A DNA stretch of 64,000 nucleotides from Pseudomonadota bacterium (GTDB taxonomy: Bacteria; Pseudomonadota; Alphaproteobacteria; SHVZ01). The stretch spans positions 10,700-74,699 of the forward strand of contig JACQAG010000022.1 in the NCBI GenBank assembly GCA_016195085.1, in the 5' to 3' direction. The position numbers and the translations under genes are program-made. Shown one piece after another: positions 51,419 to 62,921 of this stretch. Each line of letters begins with the position of its first letter. Positions within the stretch are counted from its first letter, which is position 1. Below the pieces are notes generated by a model that made no database searches, was not told where the DNA came from, and saw only the letters and a program-made list of their open reading frames with translations.

Positions 51419-52417
51419 ATGCCCGCTGCATCCTTGACCGAGTCATCCCACCCGCTGGCTCTGCCTGACATCAAGATCTCCGTGCGGCAGTCGTTCGGTA
51501 TCGACTCCGACATGGAGGTGCCGGCTTTCAGCCTTGGCAGCGATTATGTGCCGGATATCGACGAAGCCTACCGCTTCGACCGCGATACCACCTTGGCCAT
51601 CCTCGCGGGCTTTGCCTACAACCGCCGTGTGATGATCCAGGGCTATCACGGCACCGGCAAGTCGACCCACATCGAGCAGGTCGCGGCCCGCCTCAACTGG
51701 CCCTGCGTGCGCGTCAATCTCGACAGCCACATCAGCCGCATCGATCTCATCGGCAAGGACGCCATCGTCATCAAGGACGGCAAGCAGGTGACCGCCTTCC
51801 GCGAGGGCATCCTGCCCTGGGCCCTGCAGAACCCGACGGCGCTGGTGTTCGACGAATACGATGCCGGCCGCGCCGACGTGATGTTCGTGATCCAGCGCGT
51901 GCTCGAGGTCGAAGGCAAGCTGACCTTGCTCGACCAGAACCGCATCATCCGCCCGCATCCATCCTTCCGGCTGTTCTCGACCACGAACACGGTCGGGCTC
52001 GGCGACACCACCGGCCTCTATCACGGCACCCAGCAGATCAATCAGGGCCAGATGGACCGCTGGAACATCGTCTCCACCCTCAATTATCTGCCGCATGACG
52101 ACGAGGTGAACATCGTGCTGGCGAAGGCGCCCAGCTACGACACCGACGCCGGGCGCAAGACCATCTCGGCGATGGTGGCGCTGGCGGCGCTCACCCGCTC
52201 CGGCTTCATCGCCGGCGACATCTCCACCGTCATGTCGCCGCGCACGGTGATCACCTGGGCGGAGAACGCGCGCATCTTCAACGACATCGGCTTCGGATTC
52301 CGCGTCACCTTCCTGAACAAATGCGATGAGATGGAGCGCTCGACAGTCGCCGAGTACTACCAGCGTTGCTTCGGCACGGAGCTTCCGGAGAGCGGGGTCA
52401 AGGCGAACCTGGTGTAG
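51419..52417 (+). CDS. cobS: cobaltochelatase subunit CobS
   Basis: [26 protein letters not shown]. Confidence 0.95.
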   Translation: MPAASLTESSHPLALPDIKISVRQSFGIDSDMEVPAFSLGSDYVPDIDEAYRFDRDTTLAILAGFAYNRRVMIQGYHGTGKSTHIEQVAARLNWPCVRVNLDSHISRIDLIGKDAIVIKDGKQVTAFREGILPWALQNPTALVFDEYDAGRADVMFVIQRVLEVEGKLTLLDQNRIIRPHPSFRLFSTTNTVGLGDTTGLYHGTQQINQGQMDRWNIVSTLNYLPHDDEVNIVLAKAPSYDTDAGRKTISAMVALAALTRSGFIAGDISTVMSPRTVITWAENARIFNDIGFGFRVTFLNKCDEMERSTVAEYYQRCFGTELPESGVKANLV

Positions 52418-52422
52418 GGGCC

Positions 52423-54327
52423 ATGGCAGGACCAAGCGGATCCAGGGACGGCGCCCGGCACGCGACCGAAGCGCAGATCGAAGATTTCAAGCGCGCGACC
52501 TCGGCGGCGCTCCGAGCCATGGCCGACCGGCCCGAGGTGGAGGTGAGCTTCGGGGCCGATCAGCCGGGTCTGACCGGCACTCGTGCCCGGGTGCCGCAGG
52601 TGCCGCGCGATCTCAAATCCGGCGAGGTTGCCCATGTCCGCGGCGAGTGTGATGCGATCGCCCTCAAGATCAGGCACCACGACCGCAAGGTGCATCAGCG
52701 GCGGATGCCTCAGGGGCAGACCGCGCGCGCCATCTACGAGGCGGTCGAGCAGGCGCGCTGCGAGGCGATCGGCGCCCGCCGGATGGCCGGCGTCGCCGAG
52801 AACCTGACGGCCGCACTCTCCGACCGCTACCGCCGCAAGGGCTTCGAGCGGATCAGCGAGAAGAGCGACATGACCTTGATCGAGGTCATGCGGCTGTTGA
52901 CCCGCGAGACTTTGACCGGGGCGCAGCCGCCGAGCGCGGCGCGCAACGTGGTCGAGCTCTGGCGTCCATGGGTGGAGAGCCGCTGCAACGAGGATTTCAA
53001 GGATCTGGCGCGCGCCATCGACGATCAAGAGTCCTTCCAGCGCGTCGCCCGCCGGCTGATCGAGGACCTCGATCTCGAGGGGGCGGAGGATTCCGAGACC
53101 AGCGAGGATCAGGAGCAGAACCAGGGCGAGGACGACGCCGGCGACAGCGATCCCAATTCCGAGTCCGGCCAACGCGGCACCTCCGACAGCGACGCCTCCT
53201 CGAGCATGGCGCCCGACATGCAACCGGGTGAGGATTCCGAGGAGGGGGCGGAGGAGGCCGAGGGCGAGATGTCGCCCGGCATGGGCGACGAGCAGCCGGG
53301 CAATCCGGGCACGCCCAATCTGCTCCGTGGGCGCAACAACGAGCGCCAGGAGGCGCCCTATCGCGGCTTCACCACCGAGTTCGACGAGGTGGTGCAGGCC
53401 GACACCTTGTGCGACGGCGAGGAGCTGACGCGTCTCCGCGCCCTCCTCGACCAGCAGCTGAGCCATCTCCAGGGCGTCATCGGCAAGCTCGCCAACCGGC
53501 TGCAGCGGCGCCTGCTCGCCAAGCAGAACCGATCGTGGGAATTCGACCTCGAGGAAGGGTTGCTCGACGCCGGACGGCTGTCGCGCGTGGTCACCAACCC
53601 GATGCACCCGCTCTCCTACAAGGTCGAGAAGGACACCAAGTTCCGCGACACCGTGGTCTCGCTGCTCATCGACAATTCCGGCTCGATGCGCGGCCGGCCG
53701 ATCACCATCGCCGCCATGAGCGCCGATATCCTGGCGCGCACCCTCGAGCGTTGCGGCGTCAAGGTGGAGATCCTGGGCTTCACCACGCGGGCCTGGAAGG
53801 GCGGCCAGAGCCGCGAGCGCTGGATCGCCCAGGGCAAGCCGCCGAACCCGGGCCGGCTCAACGATCTCCGCCACATCGTCTACAAGGCCGGCGACGCGCC
53901 ATGGCGGCGCGCGCGCAAGAGCCTCGGGCTCATGCTGCGCGAGGGCATCCTCAAGGAGAACATCGACGGCGAGGCGCTCTTATGGGCGCATAACCGGCTG
54001 CTCGCGCGCACCGAGCAGCGCCGCATCCTCATGGTCATTTCCGACGGCGCGCCGGTCGACGACTCGACCTTGTCGGTCAACCCCGGCAACTATCTCGAGC
54101 GGCATCTGCGCGACGTCATCGAGTACATCGAGACGCGCTCCTCGGTCGAGCTCACCGCGATCGGCATCGGCCATGACGTGACCCGCTACTATCGCCGTGC
54201 CGTCACCATCGTCGATGCCGAGCAGCTCGGCGGCACCATGATGGAAAAGCTGGCCGAGCTGTTCGACGAGGACGAAGGGCACGACGAGCGCCCGAAGCGC
54301 GGACGCCGGGCGGCGCGTCCGCTGTAG
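52423..54327 (+). CDS. cobT: cobaltochelatase subunit CobT
   Basis: acidic linker, [26 protein letters not shown]. Confidence 0.95.
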   Translation: MAGPSGSRDGARHATEAQIEDFKRATSAALRAMADRPEVEVSFGADQPGLTGTRARVPQVPRDLKSGEVAHVRGECDAIALKIRHHDRKVHQRRMPQGQTARAIYEAVEQARCEAIGARRMAGVAENLTAALSDRYRRKGFERISEKSDMTLIEVMRLLTRETLTGAQPPSAARNVVELWRPWVESRCNEDFKDLARAIDDQESFQRVARRLIEDLDLEGAEDSETSEDQEQNQGEDDAGDSDPNSESGQRGTSDSDASSSMAPDMQPGEDSEEGAEEAEGEMSPGMGDEQPGNPGTPNLLRGRNNERQEAPYRGFTTEFDEVVQADTLCDGEELTRLRALLDQQLSHLQGVIGKLANRLQRRLLAKQNRSWEFDLEEGLLDAGRLSRVVTNPMHPLSYKVEKDTKFRDTVVSLLIDNSGSMRGRPITIAAMSADILARTLERCGVKVEILGFTTRAWKGGQSRERWIAQGKPPNPGRLNDLRHIVYKAGDAPWRRARKSLGLMLREGILKENIDGEALLWAHNRLLARTEQRRILMVISDGAPVDDSTLSVNPGNYLERHLRDVIEYIETRSSVELTAIGIGHDVTRYYRRAVTIVDAEQLGGTMMEKLAELFDEDEGHDERPKRGRRAARPL

Positions 54328-54344
54328 CGCGACAAACTCAGACT

Positions 54345-54448
54345 GCCCCCACCCCGACCCTCCCCCACGCTGACGCGCGGGGGAGGGAGCAAGAGGTGAC
54401 CTCTCTACTCCCTCCCCCAGCTTGCTGGGGGAGGGTCGGGGTGGGGGC
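54345..54448. repeat. REP-like doublet, CCCTCCCCC subfamily
   Basis: GCCCCCACCCCGACCCTCCCCC...GGGGGAGGGTCGGGGTGGGGGC. Confidence 0.88.
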
Positions 54449-54463
54449 GATCGGCGCTCGGCT

Positions 54464-55981
54464 TCAGCGCGTAGTGATGCGGCCCTCAAGGGCGGGCGAG
54501 ACCGTGCCTTTGGCGGCGATGTAATCCATCACCTGGTTCGCCGTCAGCTTGGCGGCGCTGGGGTCGATGAGCGACTTGCCCTTCTTCAAGACCTCGAAGC
54601 CGTCGCCGCCGCCGGCGATGTAGTCGATGGTTGCCACCTTGTAGACCCGGCCCGGATCGAGCGGCTGCCCGCCGACCTTGACCTCGAGCACGCGGCTGCC
54701 CGCGGCCTTCTTCGGATCATAGGCGAAGCTGAGACCGGAGACCTGGAGGAAGCGGCCTTGCTTCTCTTCGACGCGCCCGACGCTGTGCTCCAGTGCCGCC
54801 AGGAGATCGCTGCCCTTGAGCTCGAGCAGCACCGTGGTGTTGCCGAAGGGCAGCTCGGTGAACACGTCGCGCCTGGTCAGCTGATAGCCCGGATCGTAGG
54901 TGCGGTTGCCGCGGATGCCGCCGCCATTGGCGAGCGCCACCTCGGCGCCCAAGGCGGCCCGCATCGCATCGGCGATGAGGTTGCCGATCGCCGCCTCTTC
55001 CGCCCGCACCACGGTGGTGCGGCTGTCGAGCGGCGTGGCGGAGGTGCCGATCTTGACGCCGAGCTCGGTGTCGAGCTTGTCGGTGTGGCGCTTGACGAGG
55101 GCGGCGATATCGGGATCGGGTGCCACGTTGTAGACCGCATGCATGCGCCAAGCCGGCACCACGGTGATCCGAGGCGGCCCGGATTGCTGCGCCGCACGGG
55201 TGACGGTGAGATCGACCGCGGCCAGGAAATGCGCATCGAACCCGGCCTTGTGGATGAGCGTGCTGCCCTCGTAGAAGGTGATCGGGTCGTGGTCGTGGCC
55301 GCCGAGTACGAGGTCGATACCCTTGACCCGGCGGACGAGCTCGCGGTCCTCGGCGATGGTCAAATGGGTGATCGCCACCACGATTTCCGCACCTTGGTCC
55401 TTGAGCGCCTTCACCGCTTCGCCGGCGCTCTCGATCATCGGCGCGAAGATGATCTCCTTGCCGGGGCTGGAGAGCGTCACGGTCTCGGGTGTGGTCAGGC
55501 CGAAGAACCCGAGCTTGAAGCCGCCGACCTCCTTCATGACGGTCGAGAGCGCGGTGCCGAACGGCTTCTTGTCGGGGCCCAGAACATTGGTCGCGAGCCA
55601 GGGGAATTTCGACTCCGCCATGCGCTGCTTCAGGACATCGTCGCCGAAATCGAACTCGTGATTGCCGAAGATCGCCAGATCGAGGCCGACAGCGTTCATC
55701 AGCTCGACCATTTGCTGGCCTTTGGTCAGCCCCGACATGAGCGAGGGCGAGATCAGATCGCCGCCGAAGGTGGTGACGGCGTTCTGGGCTTGGGCGCGCT
55801 CCTGCTTGAGCAACGTCATCAGCGGGGCGAAGCCGCCCCAGCCGCGCGCGGGCGCGATCTCGTAGACGTCGTTGGTGTGGAGGAAGGTGATCTTTGCGGT
55901 TTGGCCCCAGGCCGTGCCGGCGACGAGCGCCAAGGCAAGGACGGCAGCCAGCAGCCGTGAACGACGAAGGAATTCCCACAT
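54464..55981 (-). CDS. periplasmic 5'-nucleotidase/metallophosphatase
   Basis: signal peptide, HTND, GGD, GNHEFD, GGHDH, NGGGIR. Confidence 0.92.
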   Translation of the reverse strand: MWEFLRRSRLLAAVLALALVAGTAWGQTAKITFLHTNDVYEIAPARGWGGFAPLMTLLKQERAQAQNAVTTFGGDLISPSLMSGLTKGQQMVELMNAVGLDLAIFGNHEFDFGDDVLKQRMAESKFPWLATNVLGPDKKPFGTALSTVMKEVGGFKLGFFGLTTPETVTLSSPGKEIIFAPMIESAGEAVKALKDQGAEIVVAITHLTIAEDRELVRRVKGIDLVLGGHDHDPITFYEGSTLIHKAGFDAHFLAAVDLTVTRAAQQSGPPRITVVPAWRMHAVYNVAPDPDIAALVKRHTDKLDTELGVKIGTSATPLDSRTTVVRAEEAAIGNLIADAMRAALGAEVALANGGGIRGNRTYDPGYQLTRRDVFTELPFGNTTVLLELKGSDLLAALEHSVGRVEEKQGRFLQVSGLSFAYDPKKAAGSRVLEVKVGGQPLDPGRVYKVATIDYIAGGGDGFEVLKKGKSLIDPSAAKLTANQVMDYIAAKGTVSPALEGRITTR

Positions 55982-56270
55982 GGCCCAGCTCTCCCCGCGA
56001 AAGCGACAATCTTCGAATTCGGCGGGAAGCCTAGCGCGGACAAGGCCGAGGAGGCTAGAGCGCTTGCGGCGAAGCCGCACCGGGAGCGGGGCGGCCCTCA
56101 CGACCCAGATTCCCTTTGGACGTTCAAGCAACTGTGCTTTGACCGGAGGGGCCAAGGAAGCAAGAATGCCGGCCCTGCGGCGGAACGGCCGCAGGGGGGA
56201 GGGCCGGACGCGTTCCGGCTTCGGTTCCTCCCGAGGGGGGCCTTTCAAATAAGCAGGGGAGACAAAAGCA

Positions 56271-57137
56271 ATGCTCGACGACGTCAAGAACGTGTGGCCG
56301 GATTCCTCGGTATCCCGCCGTGGTTTCGTGTTCACCTCGGCCTTCGCCGCCGGTTTTGCGCTCACGGTTCAGCCGATCGCCGCGCAAACCGTGATCTCGA
56401 CCGACAGCACCGGGCTCGAGGCCGGCATGATCGAGGTTCCGACCTCAAGCGGGAACATTCCAGGTTATCGCGCCCTGCCGGCCCAAGGCGGTCCGTTCCC
56501 TGTCGTGTTGGTGCTGGAGGAAATATTCGGGCTCCATGAACACATCAAAGATGTCTGCCGGCGCTTCGCCAAGCTCGGCTACTACGCCATCTCGGTCGAG
56601 TACTATTCTCGCTTGGGCGATGTCTCGAAATTGGCGGATATCCAGCAGGTGCTGGCGATCGTCACCAAGACACCCGATGCGCAGGTGATGAGCGACCTCG
56701 ATGCCGCAGTCGCATTTGCCAAGGCATCCGGAAAGGCCGATACCGCTCGCTTGGGCGTCACCGGCTTCTGCCAGGGTGGACGCATGACCTGGCTTTACGC
56801 CGCGCACAACCCCGGGCTGAAGGCAGCGGTCGCTTGGTACGGTCCGATCGCGGCTCCGACCAATGATGTGAGACCGAAGAATCCCATCGACCTGGTAGCG
56901 GAAATGAAGGCGCCCGTCCTCGGCCTCTACGGCGCCGCCGACACGGGGATCAAGGTCGAGGATGTCGAGAAGATGAAGGCGGCGATGGCGGCCGCAAACA
57001 AGCCGGCCGAATTCATGATTTATCCGGAAGCCCCGCATGGCTTCAACGCCGACTACCGGGCGAGCTACCGCGAGGCCGCGGCCAAGGACGGCTGGCAGCG
57101 CCTGCAGGCCTGGTTCAAGAAAAACGGGGTCGCTTAG
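56271..57137 (+). CDS. dienelactone hydrolase family protein
   Basis: EIFG, GFCQGG, HGFNADYR; SRRGF leader. Confidence 0.92.
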   Translation: MLDDVKNVWPDSSVSRRGFVFTSAFAAGFALTVQPIAAQTVISTDSTGLEAGMIEVPTSSGNIPGYRALPAQGGPFPVVLVLEEIFGLHEHIKDVCRRFAKLGYYAISVEYYSRLGDVSKLADIQQVLAIVTKTPDAQVMSDLDAAVAFAKASGKADTARLGVTGFCQGGRMTWLYAAHNPGLKAAVAWYGPIAAPTNDVRPKNPIDLVAEMKAPVLGLYGAADTGIKVEDVEKMKAAMAAANKPAEFMIYPEAPHGFNADYRASYREAAAKDGWQRLQAWFKKNGVA

Positions 57138-57140
57138 TAG

Positions 57141-57240
57141 GACCCTCACCCCGACCCTCTCCCCCGGTGCGGGAGAGGGGGCACGACACTCGCCCTCTAC
57201 ACCCTCTCCCGCATCGCGGGAGAGGGCTGGGGTGAGGGTC
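57141..57240. repeat. REP-like doublet, CCCTCTCCC subfamily
   Basis: GACCCTCACCCC...GGGGTGAGGGTC termini. Confidence 0.88.
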
Positions 57241-57256
57241 GTAGTGTCTGGTGGCT

Positions 57257-58126
57257 CTACACCCCGCCGACCAGCGTTGCCTTGAAGAAGTCGATGGTGC
57301 GCTGCCAGGCTTGCCTAGCGGCGCGCTCGTCGTAGCGGTCGCCGGCGGTGTCGTTGTGGAAGGCGTGGTTGACGTTCTCGTAAGTGTTGAGGGAATAGCG
57401 CACCCCCGCCGCCTTCAGCGCCTTCTCGAATTCCGGAATTCCGGCATTGATGCGCTGGTCGAGCCCGGCATAGTGCAGCAGCAGATGTGCCTTGATCTTC
57501 GGCACGTCGCTCGCGGGCGGAACCTCGCCATAGAAGGCGGTCGCGGCGGCAAGCGGTGCCGGTGCCGCGACTGCGAGCCGATTGATCACGCCGCCGCCCC
57601 AGCAGAAGCCGACCGCACCGACCTTGCCGGTGCTGCTGGCATGGCTGCCGAGCCAATTCGCCGCGGCGACGCAATCGGCCGCCGCCTTGCCGCGATCCAA
57701 CGCCTCGATCTTCTGGCGCGCTTCGTCGGCATCGGCGGGGGTCCCACCCACCGGCGAGAGCAGATCGGGCGCCAGCGCCAGGAAACCTGCCACCGCCGCG
57801 CGCCGCGCCACATCCTCGATATGCGGATTGAGTCCGCGATTTTCATGAACGACGATGACCGCAGGCCAACGATTGCCGGTTTTCGGATGGGCGAGATAGG
57901 CTTTGATGGAACCGGTGGCGCCGGGATAGCTCACGCGCTCAGCGACGAGGCGCGGGTCGTTTGCCGGAATCATCTCGGCCCGCGCGTAGTTGGGTTCGAG
58001 CATCGGCAGGAGTGCCGCGGCCGCGGCGGAGCCGCCGACGAGCTTGGCGAGCCGGTCGAGGAACACCCGCCGCGGCAGCGGCGCATGGGTGTACTCGTCG
58101 TAGAGCTGGATGATGCGTGGATCCAT
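57257..58126 (-). CDS. dienelactone hydrolase family protein (YghX-like)
   Basis: HENRGLNPHI, GFCWGG, HAFHND. Confidence 0.92.
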   Translation of the reverse strand: MDPRIIQLYDEYTHAPLPRRVFLDRLAKLVGGSAAAAALLPMLEPNYARAEMIPANDPRLVAERVSYPGATGSIKAYLAHPKTGNRWPAVIVVHENRGLNPHIEDVARRAAVAGFLALAPDLLSPVGGTPADADEARQKIEALDRGKAAADCVAAANWLGSHASSTGKVGAVGFCWGGGVINRLAVAAPAPLAAATAFYGEVPPASDVPKIKAHLLLHYAGLDQRINAGIPEFEKALKAAGVRYSLNTYENVNHAFHNDTAGDRYDERAARQAWQRTIDFFKATLVGGV

Positions 58127-58244
58127 GTCCCTGGACCTCCTCGGCGCCCTGGTTTTTGGTGATGTGGCGGAAGCCTTGGCCTTGAGCTAAGTACAAGCGG
58201 CGCTCGCGGACAAGCACTTCCGAGCCCGCTGCCATGAGCTCCCG

Positions 58245-59123
58245 ATGACCGCCTCGCTTCGCTGCCGGCTGCTGATGATCCACAACCCCACCGCCGGACG
58301 GCGTCGGCGGCGCTACCTCGCCGCCGTTCTCGATGCGCTGGCGTGCGAAGGCTGCACCACCACGGTCATGGCCACGGAGCGGCGCGGCGATGCCGAGAGG
58401 ATGGCGCGGGAAGCCGAGCGGGTCGATGCCGTGGTCGTCGCCGGCGGCGATGGGACCGTCGCCGAAGCGGCAAATGGGCTCGTCGGAAGCGCGGTGCCGC
58501 TGGCGGTCGTCCCCCTGGGCACCGCCAATGTGCTGGCGCACGAGATCGGTCTGCCGATGGCGCCGGCATCGCTCGCGCGCGCGATCGCCCGGGGTCCCTG
58601 CCGCAGCGTGCACGCGGGCGAAGCCAATGGGCGGCGCTTCATGATGATGGCCGGCGCCGGTTTTGATGCGGGCGTGGTGGAGCAGGTGAAGCCCGGTGTG
58701 AAGCGATGGCTCGGCAAGGGCGCCTATGTGCTTGCGAGCGTGACCCGTGTCCTCGCCTATCGGGAGGAGCGCTTCCGTCTCGACTTGGATGGAAGCGAGC
58801 ATGAGGCCGCCTCGGTGATCGTCGCCAAGGGCCACTTCTATGCGGGCCGCTTCGTGGTGGCGCCGATGGCGAGCCTGGACGAGCCCATCTTTCAGGTGGC
58901 GCTGTTTGAGCATCCCGGTCGCTTGCCGGCGATGGCGGCGATGGCCGCCATGGCGGCGGGCCGGCTCGATTGCTTGCCGGGATTTCGCATCCTCGCAGCG
59001 CGGAGCGTGATGATCGAGGGCGACGCCGGCGCTCCGATTCAAGCCGACGGCGACATCGTCGCCAGGGTACCCGCCCGCCTCGCCATCGCCCGCGAGCCGG
59101 TGCGGTTGGTGGTTGCGGCTTAA
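58245..59123 (+). CDS. diacylglycerol/lipid kinase family protein
   Basis: NPTAG, GGDGT, PLGTAN, GFDA, QADGD. Confidence 0.9.
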   Translation: MTASLRCRLLMIHNPTAGRRRRRYLAAVLDALACEGCTTTVMATERRGDAERMAREAERVDAVVVAGGDGTVAEAANGLVGSAVPLAVVPLGTANVLAHEIGLPMAPASLARAIARGPCRSVHAGEANGRRFMMMAGAGFDAGVVEQVKPGVKRWLGKGAYVLASVTRVLAYREERFRLDLDGSEHEAASVIVAKGHFYAGRFVVAPMASLDEPIFQVALFEHPGRLPAMAAMAAMAAGRLDCLPGFRILAARSVMIEGDAGAPIQADGDIVARVPARLAIAREPVRLVVAA

Positions 59124-59126
59124 CGC

Positions 59127-60476
59127 CTACCTGCCGGCGACGGTCATGCCGTCGATGCGCAAGGTCGGCGCATTCGCGCCATAGCGAAAGACGAGATCGC
59201 TTGCCGGGGTCAGATTGCGGAACATCTCGGTTAGGTTGCCGGCGATGGTGACCTCGCTCACCGGATAGGACTGCTCGCCGTTCTCGATCCAGAAGCCGTT
59301 CGCACCGCGGCTGTAGTCGCCGGTGACGTTGTTGACCCCGAAGCCCATGAGGCCGGTGACGTAAAAGCCCTGCTTGATGTCCGCCATCAGTGCCTCTGGT
59401 GTGAGCGGCCCCGGCTCCAGATAGAGATTGGTGCAGGAGGGGCCCGGCGGTCCCGAGGTGCCGCGAGCGGCATGTCCCGTCGTCCTGAGGCCGAGCTGGC
59501 GCGCGGAAGCGAGGTCCAAGACCCAGGTGGTGAGCACGCCGTCGTCGACGAGCTTCTGCCGGCGGCCGCCGATGCCTTCGCCGTCGAAGGGGCGCGAGCG
59601 CAATCCGCGCGGGCGCAAGGGATCGTCGACGATGTGGATGCCGGAGGCGAAGAGGCGCTGGCCGAGCTTGTCTTTGAGGAAGCTCGTACCCCGCGCGATC
59701 GCCGGCCCGGAGATGGCGCCGCCGAGATGGCCGAGAATGCTGTTGGCGATGCGCGGATCGAACACGACTGCGACCGAGGCGGTTTCCGCCTTGCGCGGGT
59801 TTAGGCGCTTGACCGCCTTCTCGCCGGCGCGGCGGCCGACGAGCGCTGCATCCTCGAGATCCCGGGCGAACACCGCCGATGACTGGTCGTAGTCGGTTTC
59901 CATGGCGGTTCCCTGACCCGCCAGCACCGAGACGCTGATGCCGTTGCCGGTGCGCACATAGCCCGCGGCGAAGCCGTTGGTGGCGGCGAGCGCCACGCTG
60001 GTGCGGCTCCATCCGGACTCGGCGCCCTCGGAATTGGTGACGCCCGGCACCAGGAGTGCCGCCGCCTCCGCCGCGGCCGCGCGGTCGATCAAGGCCTGGG
60101 GCTCCGGCTCATCCGGGTCGGCGAGGTCGAGGTCGGGAAAAGTGCGGGCGATTTCGGCGCTATCGGCCACGCCGCAATATTTGTCTTCCGGCGCTGCGCG
60201 CGCCATGGCGACCGCGCGCTCGACCAAGGCGCTGAGCGCCCGTTCGGACAGATCGGTCGAAGAGACGATCGCTTGCCGCTTGCCGATGAGCACGCGCAAG
60301 CCGAGGTCTTGGCTTTCGGAGCGCTCGAGCATCTCCGGCTTGCCGAGGCGCTGGCGGAAGGCCAGGGACTCGCTTTGGAAGACCAGCGCGTCGGCGGTTT
60401 CGGCACCGCTCCGCTTGGCGCGGTCCAGGAGCTGGCCGAGGAGATCGAGATGTTTGGAGGCGGCGGTCGAAGCCAT
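59127..60476 (-). CDS. pmbA: TldD/PmbA family protein (PmbA/TldE)
   Basis: FDGEG, TGDYSRG, EVTIAGN; no HExxxH. Confidence 0.88.
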   Translation of the reverse strand: MASTAASKHLDLLGQLLDRAKRSGAETADALVFQSESLAFRQRLGKPEMLERSESQDLGLRVLIGKRQAIVSSTDLSERALSALVERAVAMARAAPEDKYCGVADSAEIARTFPDLDLADPDEPEPQALIDRAAAAEAAALLVPGVTNSEGAESGWSRTSVALAATNGFAAGYVRTGNGISVSVLAGQGTAMETDYDQSSAVFARDLEDAALVGRRAGEKAVKRLNPRKAETASVAVVFDPRIANSILGHLGGAISGPAIARGTSFLKDKLGQRLFASGIHIVDDPLRPRGLRSRPFDGEGIGGRRQKLVDDGVLTTWVLDLASARQLGLRTTGHAARGTSGPPGPSCTNLYLEPGPLTPEALMADIKQGFYVTGLMGFGVNNVTGDYSRGANGFWIENGEQSYPVSEVTIAGNLTEMFRNLTPASDLVFRYGANAPTLRIDGMTVAGR

Positions 60477-60528
60477 GGAGGGTCTTCTTGCTCGAGGGGT
60501 GAAGCCAGGGAGGACTGGCGGTTCAGGG

Positions 60529-61050
60529 TTACCGGCGCCGCGGCGAAACGCGCCCGCGCCTCTGGAAGGGATCGGCAGCGGCCGCCCACGCTCTGGGACG
60601 GGGCGGGGCCTGGGTCTGCCGCGCCTGCAAGCGCTGCAGCAGCCAATGCACGAGATAGGCAGTGGCAAGCCCGAGGACAACCGCGCACAGCACCGCAGAC
60701 GCCGCGCGCAGGCTCAAGGAGCCGACCCAGCGCAAGGACGCCAGCAACCGGCCCGCCGCCTCGTAAGCGGCTATCAGCGCCAGCATGCCGGCCCAATTGA
60801 TGCCGAGCAGGGCGCGCCAACCCGTCGCCGGCGGTGGCGGCGGGATCGCGGGGGCGCTCGGGCGAACATAGGGCGCCAGTGCGGCGGTGAGTGCCGCGGC
60901 AATGGTCGGCACGAGATAGCGGACCCACCCGCTCTGGGCGATCGGCGCATCCACCAGCCAATCCCAGGCGATGTCGAGGCTGGTCCAGCCGATGAGGACG
61001 GCGGCGCAATCGGCGAGAAGGCGCCAGCAGAAGGTGAGCACGGCTTGCAT
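60529..61050 (-). CDS. hypothetical membrane protein
   Basis: about 4 hydrophobic segments; fills the gap between ubiD and pmbA. Confidence 0.55.
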   Translation of the reverse strand: MQAVLTFCWRLLADCAAVLIGWTSLDIAWDWLVDAPIAQSGWVRYLVPTIAAALTAALAPYVRPSAPAIPPPPPATGWRALLGINWAGMLALIAAYEAAGRLLASLRWVGSLSLRAASAVLCAVVLGLATAYLVHWLLQRLQARQTQAPPRPRAWAAAADPFQRRGRVSPRRR

Positions 61051-61055
61051 CGCGC

Positions 61056-62564
61056 CTATTTCCAGATCGGCTTGCCGGAGCCGGGAAGCCCGTATTCGCT
61101 CCAGCGGCGGGTCACCTGCTCGACGATGTCGTCGGCCATGCGGATCTTGCGGCCCCATTCGCGCTTGGTCTCGGGCGGCCATTTGTTGGTGGCATCGAGG
61201 CCGATCTTGCTGCCGAGCCCGCTCTCGGGTGAGGCGAAGTCGAGATAGTCGATGGGCGTGTTTTCGACAAGCGTGATGTCTCGCGCCGGATCCATGCGGG
61301 TTGCGATCGCCCACATGACGTCCTGCCAGTTCCGCGCATCGATGTCGTCGTCGACGACGATCACCCATTTCGTGTAGGTGAACTGCCTCAGGAACGACCA
61401 CACCCCGAACATGACCCGCTTGGCATGGCCGGGATAGGCCTTGCGCATGCTGACGACGGCGATGCGGTAGCTGCAGCCTTCGGGCGGCAGCCAGAAGTCG
61501 ACGATCTCGGGGAATTGCTGCACCAGCAGCGGGATGAACACCTCGTTGAGGGCTTGGCCCAGGACCGAGGGCTCGTCCGGCGGTCGGCCGGTGAAGGTGG
61601 AGAGATAGATCGGCTGCTGGCGCCGGGTAATGGCGCTGATGGTGAAGACCGGGAATGGCTCGACCGCGTTGTAGTAGCCGGTGTGGTCGCCATAGGGCCC
61701 CTCATCGCCATGCTCCGTCAGCGAGACATGGCCCTCGAGCACGATCTCGGCTTCCGCCGGCACCTTGAGCGGCACGCTGACGCAGTCCACCAGCTCGACG
61801 CGCTGGCCGCGCAGGAGCCCGGCGAACTGGTATTCGGAGAGGGTGTCGGGGACCGGCGTCACGGCGGCAAGAATGGTGCCCGGGTCGGCGCCGATCACGG
61901 CTGCGGCAGGGAAGGGCTCGGGGCGTTCCTTGGCCCAGCGCTGATGGTGCTGGGCGCCGCCGCGGTGACGCAGCCAGCGCATGAGCGTGGTGTTGCGGCC
62001 GGTCACCTGCAGGCGGTAGATGCCGAGATTGTAGCCGTCCTCCCGGCGCATCCCCGGTCCCCTGGTGACGATGAGAGGCCAGGTGATCAACGGCGCCGGC
62101 TCGCCCGGCCAGCAGGTTTGTATCGGCAGCGCCCCCAAGTCGATATCGCCCCCCCGCAGCACCACCTCCTGGCAGGGGGCGCGGGAGACGGTGCGCGGCT
62201 TCATCGCCATCACGGATTTGAGGAGCGGCAGCAGCTCCAAGGCCTCGCGCCAGCCGCCGGGCGGCTCCGGCTGCTTCAGGAAGGCCAAGGTCTCGCCCAC
62301 CTGCCGGAGCTCCTCCGGGCGCCGGTCCATGCCCATGGCGACCCGCTCGACGGTGCCGAAGAGATTGACCAGGACCGGCATGCCGTAAGCGCGGCTCTCG
62401 GCGCCGACGACGGTCTCGAACAGCACCGCCGGGCCGCCCTCGGCCAAGAGCCGGGTTTGAATCTCGGTCATCTCCAAGACCGGCGAGACCGGTGTCGACA
62501 CGCGGGCGAGCTGGCCGGCGCGTTCCAGCCGATCCATGAAGTCGCGCAGGCTGGCAAAAGGCAT
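61056..62564 (-). CDS. ubiD: UbiD family decarboxylase
   Basis: [34 protein letters not shown]. Confidence 0.95.
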   Translation of the reverse strand: MPFASLRDFMDRLERAGQLARVSTPVSPVLEMTEIQTRLLAEGGPAVLFETVVGAESRAYGMPVLVNLFGTVERVAMGMDRRPEELRQVGETLAFLKQPEPPGGWREALELLPLLKSVMAMKPRTVSRAPCQEVVLRGGDIDLGALPIQTCWPGEPAPLITWPLIVTRGPGMRREDGYNLGIYRLQVTGRNTTLMRWLRHRGGAQHHQRWAKERPEPFPAAAVIGADPGTILAAVTPVPDTLSEYQFAGLLRGQRVELVDCVSVPLKVPAEAEIVLEGHVSLTEHGDEGPYGDHTGYYNAVEPFPVFTISAITRRQQPIYLSTFTGRPPDEPSVLGQALNEVFIPLLVQQFPEIVDFWLPPEGCSYRIAVVSMRKAYPGHAKRVMFGVWSFLRQFTYTKWVIVVDDDIDARNWQDVMWAIATRMDPARDITLVENTPIDYLDFASPESGLGSKIGLDATNKWPPETKREWGRKIRMADDIVEQVTRRWSEYGLPGSGKPIWK

Positions 62565-62663
62565 GGCTGGGGTTGTGACCGGGCCTAGGGGCGCTGTCAA
62601 CCTGGGGTGGCCTCGCTTTATGGCATTGTTGGCATGAATGCATGGCCTTTGCAGGAAGCTTCG

Positions 62664-62921
62664 ATGGTCTACTGGGTCATTGGCGGCGAATATACCGGCA
62701 CGGACTTCAAGACGCTCATCCCCGGAGCCAAGGAAGAGCGCCTCGGCCCGTTCGCCTCGTTGCGGGACGCCAAGGACGCGTGGGCGTCGCGGGCCTTTGC
62801 CACGGTCGACAGCGCGCATATCCGCTACCGCATCTTCGCTGAGAAGGACGGCAAGATGCGCCAGACCAAAGTCTCCCGCTCCAAGCGATCTTCCAAATCC
62901 AAGGATGTCGGCACGAGATAG
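62664..62921 (+). CDS. DUF4170-like small protein
   Basis: [11 protein letters not shown]...E..GPF..A...W. Confidence 0.7.
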   Translation: MVYWVIGGEYTGTDFKTLIPGAKEERLGPFASLRDAKDAWASRAFATVDSAHIRYRIFAEKDGKMRQTKVSRSKRSSKSKDVGTR

